Source of the DNA: an uncultured Actinomycetes bacterium
Lineage (GTDB): Bacteria; SZUA-79; Acidulodesulfobacterales; Acidulodesulfobacteraceae
NCBI GenBank assembly: GCA_964631685.1
Contig: CAZVZU010000006.1
Coordinates: 1 to 64,000, forward strand
Direction: 5' to 3'
DNA length: 64,000 nucleotides
Under the pieces are notes generated by a model that searched no databases, had not been told where the DNA came from, and was given only the letters and a program-made list of their open reading frames with translations. Numbering within the stretch: position 1 is the first letter of the stretch; each line of letters opens with the position of its first letter. The translations under genes were made by a program, and so were the position numbers. This document shows, one piece after another, positions 29,719 to 40,022 of the stretch.

Positions 29719-30693
29719 TTATATCCATGCCTTATATTCTATAAATTTATCGTAATGCTCTGAAACAATAGATGCAAACGCCGCAGAATATAACCTTGAC
29801 TCAACATTATCCGATCTCGAAGTAAGAACTATGGGAACGGCAAGCCCAACCACAACACCTGCAACCTTTGCCCCTGCCAAATATTCCAAATCCTTAAAGA
29901 GGATATTGCCCGATTCTATATTGGGTACGACAATAATATCCGCATCACCTGCAACATCGCTTTTGATCCCTTTTTCAATAACTGAATCTTCAGAAATTAC
30001 AGTATCAAACGCAAGCGGACCGTCGACTAGGCCTCCAACTATTTGCCCTCTGTCCGCCATCTTTGAAATTATCGCCGCATCTAGGGTTGAACTTATTTTT
30101 GGATTTACGGTTTCAACGGCAGATAACATAGCTGCTTTCGGACACTTAATGCCAAGCATTATAGCCAAATCTATTGCATTTTGAAGTATTTGAGCCTTTT
30201 CAGTTATATTAGGACTAATATTTACCGCCGCGTCGGTTATTAATATTAATTTTTTGTATGTCCCAATTTCCATTAAAAATACATGTGAGACATACCTGTT
30301 TGTCCTTAGACCATTTTCTTTTGCAATGAGCTGATGCATAAAAACATCAGTATGGATATGCCCTTTTATTATAATATCTACCTTTTTTTCAGAGGCCAAC
30401 TTTGCGGCAATACAAGCCGCATCCGAATCATTTTTAGCATCAATTATGTCGATAGCACCAAACTCATCTGTCTCATTGCTGCCAGCACTAAGAAACCCTT
30501 TATAGGCACGATCACTTCGAAGGATGGACATTATATCGCTTTTGTTCCCTATTAATTTAGGGGTTATAAGGCGACTTCTGTATGCCTCAATAAAGCCTCC
30601 AGTCACAAGGGTATCTTCCGCCACAACTATAGCGGCTTTTTTTTGAGATAAACCCCGAGCTATTTCTACAATTTCACTTAATTTTTTTAACAT
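29719..30693 (-). CDS. Phosphate acetyl/butyryltransferase (Ptb-like)
   Basis: TDAAVNISP, LSAVETVNP, DGPLAFD, PNIESGNIL, PIVLTSRSD. Confidence 0.9.
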   Translation of the reverse strand: MLKKLSEIVEIARGLSQKKAAIVVAEDTLVTGGFIEAYRSRLITPKLIGNKSDIMSILRSDRAYKGFLSAGSNETDEFGAIDIIDAKNDSDAACIAAKLASEKKVDIIIKGHIHTDVFMHQLIAKENGLRTNRYVSHVFLMEIGTYKKLILITDAAVNISPNITEKAQILQNAIDLAIMLGIKCPKAAMLSAVETVNPKISSTLDAAIISKMADRGQIVGGLVDGPLAFDTVISEDSVIEKGIKSDVAGDADIIVVPNIESGNILFKDLEYLAGAKVAGVVVGLAVPIVLTSRSDNVESRLYSAAFASIVSEHYDKFIEYKAWI

Positions 30694-30716
30694 TTATAAC
30701 AAGTTGATAATACAGA

Positions 30717-31040
30717 CTATATTATTTTACTTAAAATGCTACCTGTTTTATGGGCATTAATCGCAAGTCGACCATTGCCATCATATCGAGCGCCCACATT
30801 TGCTGAGCTGCCATTAGCTTGATTTGTCTGTATATTTTTATTAAGATTTTCAACTGAATGATCTAACGCATTTATCAAGCCGTTATCCAGTGTTTTTGCA
30901 GTACTTAACGCCAGCGCCGTGGTCTTATCGGCAACATCATTAGGACCTGAAATTTTTTGATACCGTCCGTCCCGGATATCGGATTGATTATTTTGAAAAA
31001 GCCGAGAAACTGTTTGATCGCTACTTGAACCGTAAACCAT
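30717..31040 (-). CDS. Small hypothetical protein
   Basis: 107-aa ORF with AGGAGAAGG SD filling an intergenic gap; only vague resemblance to YjfB-like proteins. Confidence 0.6.
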   Translation of the reverse strand: MVYGSSSDQTVSRLFQNNQSDIRDGRYQKISGPNDVADKTTALALSTAKTLDNGLINALDHSVENLNKNIQTNQANGSSANVGARYDGNGRLAINAHKTGSILSKII

Positions 31041-31156
31041 GATAACCTTCTCCTTTATTACAAAAGTAAACCATCGTTACTGCGCTCCCTATCAACGATA
31101 ATATCATGAAAACACATATTGTCAAATTTTAACATTGGTCTCTAATCGGTAATTCA

Positions 31157-33142
31157 TTAGTAAGAATATACGCTGGACAGCGCTATATAGTAATTTTTTA
31201 AATATCCAAGATATATCCTTACAAGCCGCCTATATTTTTTATAACTGTTTACCGAAATTAAAGGGGTTAAAGATTTAAAAATATAGGAACATTTTAATAA
31301 ATTTTTATTCTCTAGATAAGAACAGCTTGCGGATGCCATCCCCGCATCATTGCTTAACCTTAGAGAAATTGGCAAAAAGTAGATATTAGATTTTTTTGGG
31401 AGTTTAATTATAACCCTTGCAATATGTTCAAATGGATAGCCCATTGATAAGGGATAAACCCTATGCGGCTTTAAAACAGCATGAATAAGATCCATACCGA
31501 TAGGCACTATTTGATGAAACACCATCTTATCCCCTCGTATCTGCCCATAATTATTATCCGAAAATTTGATTTTTAGTACAATATTTTTATTAATGTTTTT
31601 AATATTTATATATTTATATTTTTTTACGTTTGCACCAGGAAGAAAATTATACAAAAAATTTGTAGTTTTTATATTTTTTTGATATGCGCTCTCACCCTTC
31701 AAAGATGACCTTTTGAAGTTAGAATAAACGCCTTTATAAACAACCTTAATTTTCCCATCCAGCAGTCCCTTTCTATTTATTCTTCCAATAAATCTAAAAA
31801 TCTTTTCATTCATACTTGCTTTTTGCGCAGGAAGAGTGATAAATCTGTGCTTTCCGAAAGGCAAAAGTTCGACCCCTCTCCTGCCTGCCAGATTATACGG
31901 GAGGCTAAATGCTTTATATGAGGGTGAATCCGGATACAAATAAAAAGATTTACCCTTTATATTTACTCCTACAATAACAGAATCAAACTGCCTAGGCGAA
32001 ACGGATTTAATATTTAAATTTGGAACATTCAATGATGCAACAAGAACAGGGAACGCATCAATATCTCTAATCTTTAACATTGAAATCAAGAGCGAAGCCA
32101 AAGACTTTGAGTCACCGTAACCATTGGACAATGTAAAAGAAACGACTTGTGGTTTATAGCCATTTATACCGTAGCCTATTCCGACATACCTAAACGATTT
32201 AATAAAATCGTCGTAGATTGAGATCGCCGTTTTCTTTTGAAACTTATTTTTAATATCACCCGTACTTTTTTTAACGAACGTATTTATTCGTTTATCAATT
32301 TTGCCGGATTTTATAAACAGTTCACTTATATTGTTTAGCAATTTATCCCATGACATGTAAGTTGAAAAGGATATATACTTCTCATAATTTTTAGGTGAAA
32401 GACTAAGGGGTTCACTTTTTATAGCCGGAATATTCTTGATACGCAAATAAACCTTAATGTATTTTTTGTGTCTTATGCTTACAACACTTTTTACAACTTG
32501 AGATTTATAGCTTATGTTATGCAGATATAAATTAACATTTAAACTAGCAGGGTAAATTAGTGTAAAACTGGTATCCTTTACCGGAATAGTGTGCGTAAAA
32601 ATGTCCGTATAAAATACCCCGTTTTTAATAAGTGGTTTAAAGTTATAAATTTCGTAAGCAAAATTGATAATAGAACCATCTTCCACCGCAGGCATAGATA
32701 AAGTCAGATACTTCATACCTGAGTATATAGGATAGCTAATGGCAATACGCGAAGACACAATATTGACCGCATGTTTTCCCATGGGAATCTTAAATCTTCC
32801 GTTAAGAATAGTATAAGCACTCAGCAACTTAACCTTTTGATATTTGGCGAAAAAAGGAACAACCACCTCGGAATATTCGTTAATCCCTCTTTGCGACAAT
32901 ATCTTTATAGATTCATGGACATATATCCTAAGCCGATAATTTTTATTTAATTTAAGGATGATATTTTTCTTGAGCAATTCGGCGGCAAATTTTTTATCAT
33001 GGCCAGTTGTATTTAGAGCAAGGGACTGAATCGGGTTCATGAAAACCAAAACCGCAATAATCATAACAAAATAAGCAATGAAAAGTGGTAACCTCATTTT
33101 TATCATTAATGCATTCCCTTGTGTTAAAAATTTATCATTCAT
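31157..33142 (-). CDS. Exported DUF3857 / transglutaminase-like domain protein
   Basis: Signal/TM segment, KILSQRG, MPAVEDGSII, FRYVGIGYG..GYKP, GYGDSK, very basic. Confidence 0.75.
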   Translation of the reverse strand: MNDKFLTQGNALMIKMRLPLFIAYFVMIIAVLVFMNPIQSLALNTTGHDKKFAAELLKKNIILKLNKNYRLRIYVHESIKILSQRGINEYSEVVVPFFAKYQKVKLLSAYTILNGRFKIPMGKHAVNIVSSRIAISYPIYSGMKYLTLSMPAVEDGSIINFAYEIYNFKPLIKNGVFYTDIFTHTIPVKDTSFTLIYPASLNVNLYLHNISYKSQVVKSVVSIRHKKYIKVYLRIKNIPAIKSEPLSLSPKNYEKYISFSTYMSWDKLLNNISELFIKSGKIDKRINTFVKKSTGDIKNKFQKKTAISIYDDFIKSFRYVGIGYGINGYKPQVVSFTLSNGYGDSKSLASLLISMLKIRDIDAFPVLVASLNVPNLNIKSVSPRQFDSVIVGVNIKGKSFYLYPDSPSYKAFSLPYNLAGRRGVELLPFGKHRFITLPAQKASMNEKIFRFIGRINRKGLLDGKIKVVYKGVYSNFKRSSLKGESAYQKNIKTTNFLYNFLPGANVKKYKYINIKNINKNIVLKIKFSDNNYGQIRGDKMVFHQIVPIGMDLIHAVLKPHRVYPLSMGYPFEHIARVIIKLPKKSNIYFLPISLRLSNDAGMASASCSYLENKNLLKCSYIFKSLTPLISVNSYKKYRRLVRIYLGYLKNYYIALSSVYSY

Positions 33143-33145
33143 AGT

Positions 33146-34231
33146 CTAATTTAGTTTGCATACATTGAATATAGAACATTTTTCACAGCTCTCTTCATTT
33201 TTGGTTTTAGGACAGAGATTAAGGATTCCTAATCTTGTAATGGCAAAATCATACTTTATCGGGTCAAAATGATCAAGTTTTTTAAGATTATTGGTGATCT
33301 CTTCCGCCATTCTAAATGAAGGGTTCTTACGCTTTGTTAATCCAATATATTGACTAATTCGACCTATGTGTGTATCAACAGGCATTATTAACTGGTATGG
33401 TTGAATATCCGGCCATATGCCAAAATCAAGATTATCAGAGTTCCTTATCATCCATCTTAGATATAAATTCATTCTCTTACACGGGCTGTTATTGAACGGA
33501 GATGTAAAAAAGAAATGAGCTTTTGAATCTTTTGGCACAACAAGACCGTTGTACACATGGGAGAAATCAGCAAGCTTAATAGCCCTTTCGGAAAAGCTTA
33601 TTATAGCATTTTTTAGATTTAAATCAGATGGATTGTAGCCCTCCATGAAAAACTTCTCTATCGAACCATATTTTTTTAACATCTCGCTCAAAATAGAAAA
33701 AAGGATAATAATGTCTTGTTCTTTGATGAATCTATAGTAAAAACCTTTGAATAATTTTGAACATTCGGCTATATCAAAATTAAGTGCAAATTCATAAAAT
33801 TCATGGTTAACAATCTTGTCAATTTTATTGATAACTTTGAGAATTTGACTTACGCTACCGAATGCAAATCCTGCAGCTATAAAACCGGCAACCTCAATAT
33901 CCTTAGGATCGTCAAATTTATGGACAAAACCCAGCGGATCAGAATAAAGATATGATTCCTCAAATTTTTCATACAACGGTTCAAGACATTCTTTTAATTT
34001 TTTTTCCTGATTTTGCGGAACCACGCATTTGACGGTGCGATTTTTATAAACAAAAGTTCTACCATTAGGCAATGACCAGCAATCGCCCTCCTCGAGCGGA
34101 TAAGGGACATCCTTTCCTCTTCCGATAAAGACCTCTTTTCCGTCAATTATCGTAAAAAAATTAAAATCATTATCTTCCCAGATCAATGACCCGCCCGAAG
34201 ACTCACCGCTTACATTATTATTAGTATTCAC
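33146..34231 (-). CDS. TIGR02757/DUF2400-family protein (HhH-GPD-related)
   Basis: DPLGFVH, DIEVAGFIAA, SPCKRMNLYLRWM, PVDTHI, DPIKYDFA. Confidence 0.85.
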   Translation of the reverse strand: MNTNNNVSGESSGGSLIWEDNDFNFFTIIDGKEVFIGRGKDVPYPLEEGDCWSLPNGRTFVYKNRTVKCVVPQNQEKKLKECLEPLYEKFEESYLYSDPLGFVHKFDDPKDIEVAGFIAAGFAFGSVSQILKVINKIDKIVNHEFYEFALNFDIAECSKLFKGFYYRFIKEQDIIILFSILSEMLKKYGSIEKFFMEGYNPSDLNLKNAIISFSERAIKLADFSHVYNGLVVPKDSKAHFFFTSPFNNSPCKRMNLYLRWMIRNSDNLDFGIWPDIQPYQLIMPVDTHIGRISQYIGLTKRKNPSFRMAEEITNNLKKLDHFDPIKYDFAITRLGILNLCPKTKNEESCEKCSIFNVCKLN

Positions 34232-34287
34232 AAGTATTATCTCTCTAACTATCTGTAATGAAAATAAAAAATTCCCAATTTGGCCTG

Positions 34288-35532
34288 CTATTTATGTAAT
34301 GATGCGTTTTCGGTTATTTTATGAGCAAAATCTATTCCAAATTTCTCACAATTCAATAGATCTTCCTCAAAAGGCGTCATTTGAATCTTTAAACCATTTT
34401 GCACAATGACAAACCTAAGACTTTTAAGGATATCCTGTACCATTTGGACAGCCTCACCGCTCCAGCCGTAGCAACCGAAAACGGCAGCCTTTTTATTTTT
34501 AACATTCAGCGTAACTAGAGACGATATCATATCAAATATAGGCTGCGGCGGTTTTGCGTTAAGGGTTGGCGAACCCACAATAACGGCATCCGAATCTTCT
34601 ATAATGTCAACGACGTTTTGAGCGTCGGCACTAATCAAATTTACCAATTTAACATCCGTTAGTCCGTCTATAGCGGCGCCTTTTGCGATACGCTCTGCCA
34701 TTTTTTCGGTATTACCGTAGGCCGACGCATAAATGACAGCTATCTTCTTTACCGTTTCATTTGCATTTACAGTTTGGCTTGCCTGCCTATACCAATCGAT
34801 ATATTTATTTAGGTCTTTTCTTAAAATAGGGCCGTGTGATGGCGCAATTATGTCTATATCGTAATTTTTCAGTTTATCTAACGCGCTTAGCGCGTAATTT
34901 TTAAACGGCCTCATTATGCAAGCAAAATAAAATTTAAACGCTTCGAAAGCCTCATCCTTATCCCCAAGCAGATCGTTAAAGATATTTATATCACAATAGT
35001 GCGTTCCTAAAAAATCGCATGGAAAAAGGATTTTATCCTCCTTTAGATATGTAAACATAGTATCCGGCCAATGCAAAAACGGCGCACCTACAAACTGAAG
35101 CGTTTTACCGCCCAGATCAATTGAATCGCCATCACCAACTATAATATTATTGTAATCTTTCTTAATGATGTGTTTGACAAAATGTTGGGCATTTTTTGAA
35201 TAAACCAATGTCGCATCTTTCGCTATGTCCTTTATCAAAGAAAGTGCACCGGAATGGTCTGGCTCGGTATGATTCAGTATTATGTAATCAATTTTAGATA
35301 TATCGGTCAATCCGCTTAACTTGTTTATTAATTGATCCTTAGTGTTTAGTTTAACCGTGTCTATGAGCGCAGATTTGCGACTTCCCTGAATAAAATAAGA
35401 ATTATATGTAGTTCCATTATTCGTAGGGACCACTATATCAAACACTCTCAAATCCGGGTCTAACGCGCCAGTGTAAAACACGCCGTCCTTTATGGCAACG
35501 GCTTTTTGGGATGCAATACTGTTATCATCCAT
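34288..35532 (-). CDS. fprA: Flavodiiron protein (FprA/A-type flavoprotein; O2/NO reductase)
   Basis: GTTYNSY, NHTEPDHSG, LHWPD, PSHGP, flavodoxin YASAYGNT, GCYGWSGEA. Confidence 0.95.
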   Translation of the reverse strand: MDDNSIASQKAVAIKDGVFYTGALDPDLRVFDIVVPTNNGTTYNSYFIQGSRKSALIDTVKLNTKDQLINKLSGLTDISKIDYIILNHTEPDHSGALSLIKDIAKDATLVYSKNAQHFVKHIIKKDYNNIIVGDGDSIDLGGKTLQFVGAPFLHWPDTMFTYLKEDKILFPCDFLGTHYCDINIFNDLLGDKDEAFEAFKFYFACIMRPFKNYALSALDKLKNYDIDIIAPSHGPILRKDLNKYIDWYRQASQTVNANETVKKIAVIYASAYGNTEKMAERIAKGAAIDGLTDVKLVNLISADAQNVVDIIEDSDAVIVGSPTLNAKPPQPIFDMISSLVTLNVKNKKAAVFGCYGWSGEAVQMVQDILKSLRFVIVQNGLKIQMTPFEEDLLNCEKFGIDFAHKITENASLHK

Positions 35533-35679
35533 ATGTTCAAACCTCCTTGCTTAGTTCCAGGCCGACACACTCAAAGTGCGACTATAATCCGTAAGTGCAT
35601 AGCCTATTTAATTAATTTCACCTTTATCATTATATCATATATAATAATTTATTATAACTATAAGCATAAGGACATAGGC

Positions 35680-36858
35680 ATGCAGCCGAAAGAAACATGT
35701 ATCTATATTCATATCCCTTTTTGTAAAAGCAAATGCTACTACTGCAGTTTTTATTCTATCCCGACGTTAAAATTAAACGATAACATCTTTAAAGATTATA
35801 CAGATCTGCTAACACAAGAGATAGAAATAATAACTAAAAGATTTGCTCTTTCGGCATCGCATGTAGACAGTATATACTTCGGAGGGGGCACCCCCTCCAT
35901 TATGCCTATTCAATTCTTTAAAAACTTATTGGAAGCCATTAATAACAACTTCTGCATAACAAAAAATACAGAGATTACCGCGGAAATAAATCCCGAAAGT
36001 GGAAGTATGAATAAATTATCAGAATTAAAACAGATTGGCATAAATCGTCTATCCATAGGAGCGCAGAGCTTTAATGACAAAATATTAAAAACTGCAGGAA
36101 GAATCCATAACAAAAAAGATATTTTTACCGCAGTAAATAATGCAAAAAAAGTGGGTTTTAGCAATATATCCCTTGATCTAATAATCGGGCTTCCAGGACA
36201 GACAGAAGCCATTTTTTGTGACGATGTAAAACAAATGCTAACTATGGAACCAAAACATATCTCCGCCTACATGCTTAGCATTGAAAAAGAAACAAAATTT
36301 TACAAAGCTCGTAACGAAAAAAATAGAACGGTATTCATATCGGAAGAAAAAATAGCCACACACTATGAAAAATTATGCAAGTTATTAGATGAAAACAATT
36401 ATATCCATTATGAAATATCTAATTTTTCAAAAAACGGATATGAAAGCAAACATAATTTAAACTACTGGCACAGAGGCGAATATATCGGCATTGGGCCGTC
36501 CGCCGCCTCTTTTTTAAAGCTTAAAAATATGAGAGAAATAAGGAAGACTAATCCGCCCGATTTAGACGCATATAGAATTAATGTCTTGAATGAATCTATT
36601 GGCAGTAATAGTACAGAAATCCTAACTGAAAAAGAAAAAATCAATGAAGAAATATTTTTGTCATTAAGAACAAGAGGCGGAATAAAACTAAATAGGCTTT
36701 TAGAGTTTGTCGAACCTAATATTATAGAAAATCTTATAAAGGCGGGACTTATGTACATGCAAGACATAAAACATACACGCAGGCTAAATAAAAATATTGC
36801 ATTAACCGTAAAAGGTATGCTTTTATCATCGGAAATATTTGCCCGCATCATGCTTTGA
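35680..36858 (+). CDS. hemW: Radical SAM heme chaperone HemW (HemN-like)
   Basis: YIHIPFCKSKCYYCSF, YFGGGTPS, YEISNF, HNLNYW; ATG at 35680. Confidence 0.9.
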   Translation: MQPKETCIYIHIPFCKSKCYYCSFYSIPTLKLNDNIFKDYTDLLTQEIEIITKRFALSASHVDSIYFGGGTPSIMPIQFFKNLLEAINNNFCITKNTEITAEINPESGSMNKLSELKQIGINRLSIGAQSFNDKILKTAGRIHNKKDIFTAVNNAKKVGFSNISLDLIIGLPGQTEAIFCDDVKQMLTMEPKHISAYMLSIEKETKFYKARNEKNRTVFISEEKIATHYEKLCKLLDENNYIHYEISNFSKNGYESKHNLNYWHRGEYIGIGPSAASFLKLKNMREIRKTNPPDLDAYRINVLNESIGSNSTEILTEKEKINEEIFLSLRTRGGIKLNRLLEFVEPNIIENLIKAGLMYMQDIKHTRRLNKNIALTVKGMLLSSEIFARIML

Positions 36859-36921
36859 TACTTTTATATTGCAATATTGTCCGCTAATATCTATAATTGT
36901 ATACGCTACAAGATTATATGC

Positions 36922-37010
<89 letters not shown>

Positions 37011-37350
37011 GACGTATGACATAGAACCTTGGAGTTATCAAGTCCTATGCCGAACTTTTATTTGGCAAAATAGCATTAAAGGTTTCCGGGTTATTGAACC
37101 CATTTTGAAATATTGAGGTGCACACTGTTTTGCTTCATATGTACCTTTCTATCAAATAGATTAGATGTTTTCTTGCTCTGTCAGCATAACAATTATTCAG
37201 GACTATCATTTCTTGAGCATCACCAAAGGCTTTTTAAAAAACAGAATTTGAAAAAGATATTTTGGTAAGATTAGATCTATGTTATCATATATGCGATTAG
37301 AAACAATATTATACGTATTTTAAAGCTATTGAATAACAAGAAACAAACCT

Positions 37351-38208
37351 ATGCAAAAGCCTTACTACAAAAAAACTAATTTTACCCTATATCAGGCAAA
37401 TACATTGGATTTTCTAGAAGAAATTCCGGAAAGCTCTATTGACATGATCTTCGCGGATCCTCCATATTTTCTGTCTAGCGGATCGTTTAGTTGCCAAAAC
37501 GGAAAGATGGTTAGCGTTAAGAAGGGGGATTGGGATTTAAGTAACGGAACCAAAAATAACTTTGAGTTTCATAGCGAATGGATAGAGAAAAGCCGGCGGA
37601 TTTTAAAGCCGAACGGCACAATTTGGATAAGCGGGACTTATCACTCAATTTATCAATGCGGATTTGCATTGGAGCTAAACAAATTTCATTTTTTAAATGA
37701 TATTGTCTGGTTTAAACCAAATGCATCACCAAATTTGAGTTGCCGTTTTTTTACCGCTAGTCACGAAACCTTAATCTGGGCTAGAAAAGAAAAAAAGGAG
37801 AAACATACCTTTAATTATAAAGCTATGGTTGATTGGGATAATAACTACCAAAAAGGAATAAAATGCAACCATTGCGGCACAAAAGACCTATATGAAATTT
37901 TTCATGAAAAGGGAAAACAAATGCGAAGCGTTTGGGCAATCAACACACCTCAAAAAACAGAAAAGGCCTTCGGCAAACATCCGACTCAAAAATCAGCAGA
38001 ATTATTAAAAAGAATTGTTTTAGCAAGCACGAATAAAGGCGATGTCATCCTTGATCCGTTTACAGGAAGCTCAACAACGGGTTTAGCAGCATATTTGTTC
38101 GGACGCAGATTTATCGGGATAGATAATGAAAAAAAATATCTAGACTTATCAATAAAACGATTTGAAGAGCTAGCCAGGGATATGAAAAGTAAATCTGCCG
38201 CAAAATAA
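37351..38208 (+). CDS. Beta-class N6/N4 DNA methyltransferase, DpnA/M.MboIB-like
   Basis: IFADPPYFLS, MVSVKKGDWD, PNLSCRFFTASHETLIWA, KHPTQK, LDPFTGSSTTG. Confidence 0.92.
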   Translation: MQKPYYKKTNFTLYQANTLDFLEEIPESSIDMIFADPPYFLSSGSFSCQNGKMVSVKKGDWDLSNGTKNNFEFHSEWIEKSRRILKPNGTIWISGTYHSIYQCGFALELNKFHFLNDIVWFKPNASPNLSCRFFTASHETLIWARKEKKEKHTFNYKAMVDWDNNYQKGIKCNHCGTKDLYEIFHEKGKQMRSVWAINTPQKTEKAFGKHPTQKSAELLKRIVLASTNKGDVILDPFTGSSTTGLAAYLFGRRFIGIDNEKKYLDLSIKRFEELARDMKSKSAAK

Positions 38209-38210
38209 TA

Positions 38211-39152
38211 ATGAAAAATTTAGAATTTTATAGAACGGCATTAAACTGCGACACAAAAGAACAAATTTTTGATTTTATTATCTCTAATCTAAAACCAAGT
38301 AATACGATTTGGTCCTATTTTGCAAATTGGAAAAAAGTTTTTACCAACACAAAACAGATTGAACCTGCATTGAATAGTCTTAATTATTTAATTGGCAAGG
38401 ATAATTTTGACGATGCTTTTAGGGATTTACTCAAGAAGAATCCAAGTATTGCAAGGGTTATTCCTGCTTTGGTTGTCAGGGGCGGAAAGAATACTAAAAA
38501 GTTCAATATCCTTATTGATTATCAAAATAAGAAGCTTACTTATGAAGATTACGACTTTTCTAAAAAAAATATATCTACTGACGATATAGAAAGATATTTG
38601 AGATTCACAAAGGAAACAGGGCTAAAGGCCTTGCTCACTGGTAAGAAGATCACGAACCTTGTTGATTATATGATCGGGGTTGAGGCCGGACTTGATAGTA
38701 ACGCCCGAAAAAATCGCGGCGGTCATGTAATGGAAGATATCGTAGGGATATTTATCAAAGACATTTGTGATAAACAGCATTTTAGCTATTTGAAAGAGGC
38801 TAATGCCAATAAAATAAAGTCAACATTAGGATATAACGTACCTGTTGATAAATCATCGCGCAGATATGATTTCGTAATTGACAATGGTAAGGAATTATTT
38901 ATTATAGAAACAAATTTTTATAGCGTAAACGGTTCAAAACTAAAGTCAACCGCAGCGGAGTATCGAAGTTTATTCAATGTACTGAACGGCAAATTTAAGT
39001 TCTTTTGGATCACGGACGGTAACGGCTGGAAAGATGCGTCAAGACCGCTGCAAGAAACCTTCGAACATAACGATTATCTTTTCAACCTAACAATGCTTGA
39101 AAAGGGTATTTTAGAATATTTATTAAAACGTAACGCAGCCCTTTTATTTTAG
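38211..39152 (+). CDS. DpnII/MboI-family type II restriction endonuclease (probably GATC)
   Basis: LNSLNYLIGK, NLVDYMIGVEAGLDSNARKNRGG, DFVI...IETNFY...GSKL, WITDG; follows the MTase. Confidence 0.88.
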   Translation: MKNLEFYRTALNCDTKEQIFDFIISNLKPSNTIWSYFANWKKVFTNTKQIEPALNSLNYLIGKDNFDDAFRDLLKKNPSIARVIPALVVRGGKNTKKFNILIDYQNKKLTYEDYDFSKKNISTDDIERYLRFTKETGLKALLTGKKITNLVDYMIGVEAGLDSNARKNRGGHVMEDIVGIFIKDICDKQHFSYLKEANANKIKSTLGYNVPVDKSSRRYDFVIDNGKELFIIETNFYSVNGSKLKSTAAEYRSLFNVLNGKFKFFWITDGNGWKDASRPLQETFEHNDYLFNLTMLEKGILEYLLKRNAALLF

Positions 39153-39168
39153 AGGGATATAGATTAAA

Positions 39169-40017
39169 TCAGCTTATGTCCTTTTTTGCGAAGATAAAAG
39201 CTGATACAGTAAATATCAGAGCTGTATAACACAGAGCATAAACAACCCTATATAATATGCTATTCGCTAAAATAGGTATTTTATACGCAGCTTCCGAGCT
39301 TATGTTAAATATAGAAAAGTTAGGCAAAACGGTATAGATAAAATGAACTATGCCCTTTAGCGCCTGATTGGCCTGATGAACAATGATTATCTTCCCGTCT
39401 ACAACCCTTTTATCCGGCATTACAAGGTCATTCATCTTACTTGAGATATTGCCGATAAAAAAGATAAGTATGGTAAATATCGAGGCCAACGATTTAGATG
39501 TTATAAGGGAAAAAAACAAAGCTATAACCGATATAAATACAGATGCCATTATGATAAAGAGCGCCTGGATTATTAACGGCTGCGGCAAAGAGTACATAGC
39601 GGAAAATTTAACGGGCACAACATATTCATGCATAATTAAAAGAACAAAATAAAAAATCAGCATCATTGTGATGGTAGAAAATACAATTGCCGCCGTGAGC
39701 CCCAAAAAACGCCCTATTAAGTAGTGTGTCCTTTTCAATGGTCTCGCAATAGTCAAAAAAATACTCTTCTTTTCTATATCATCATACACAACGGAAGAAC
39801 CTATGAATATACCTATGAATATATTAAAGATGGTTATGGCAAAAATAGAAAAGTCTACCATAATTCTGCCCTGACCTATAAAACTAGTCTGGGAAACAAA
39901 ATAGCTTCCGGAAACAAGTATCAAGGCAAAGATTAGAAAGGCATAAAAAATCTTGGAATTTTTTATCTCTTTGAATGAATACATTGCCCCATATAAAATT
40001 TTTTTCATAAAAGACAC
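39169..40017 (-). CDS. ABC-2 type permease (PilI/Xap-like)
   Basis: Multi-TM, DIEKKSIF..ARPL.R, C-terminal FAKKDI. Confidence 0.8.
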   Translation of the reverse strand: MSFMKKILYGAMYSFKEIKNSKIFYAFLIFALILVSGSYFVSQTSFIGQGRIMVDFSIFAITIFNIFIGIFIGSSVVYDDIEKKSIFLTIARPLKRTHYLIGRFLGLTAAIVFSTITMMLIFYFVLLIMHEYVVPVKFSAMYSLPQPLIIQALFIIMASVFISVIALFFSLITSKSLASIFTILIFFIGNISSKMNDLVMPDKRVVDGKIIIVHQANQALKGIVHFIYTVLPNFSIFNISSEAAYKIPILANSILYRVVYALCYTALIFTVSAFIFAKKDIS

Positions 40018-40022
40018 TCTAT

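Noticed and set aside
35506..35679. Extended starts of hemW (similarly nuoA to 61877 and the SfrB-like gene to 59228)
   Set aside because: They overlap neighbouring genes or intergenic DNA; family homology begins at downstream starts.
37011..39168. att-site duplication of the tRNA-Ser or tRNA-Pro 3' end
   Set aside because: No direct repeat of either tRNA end and no integrase found in the window.
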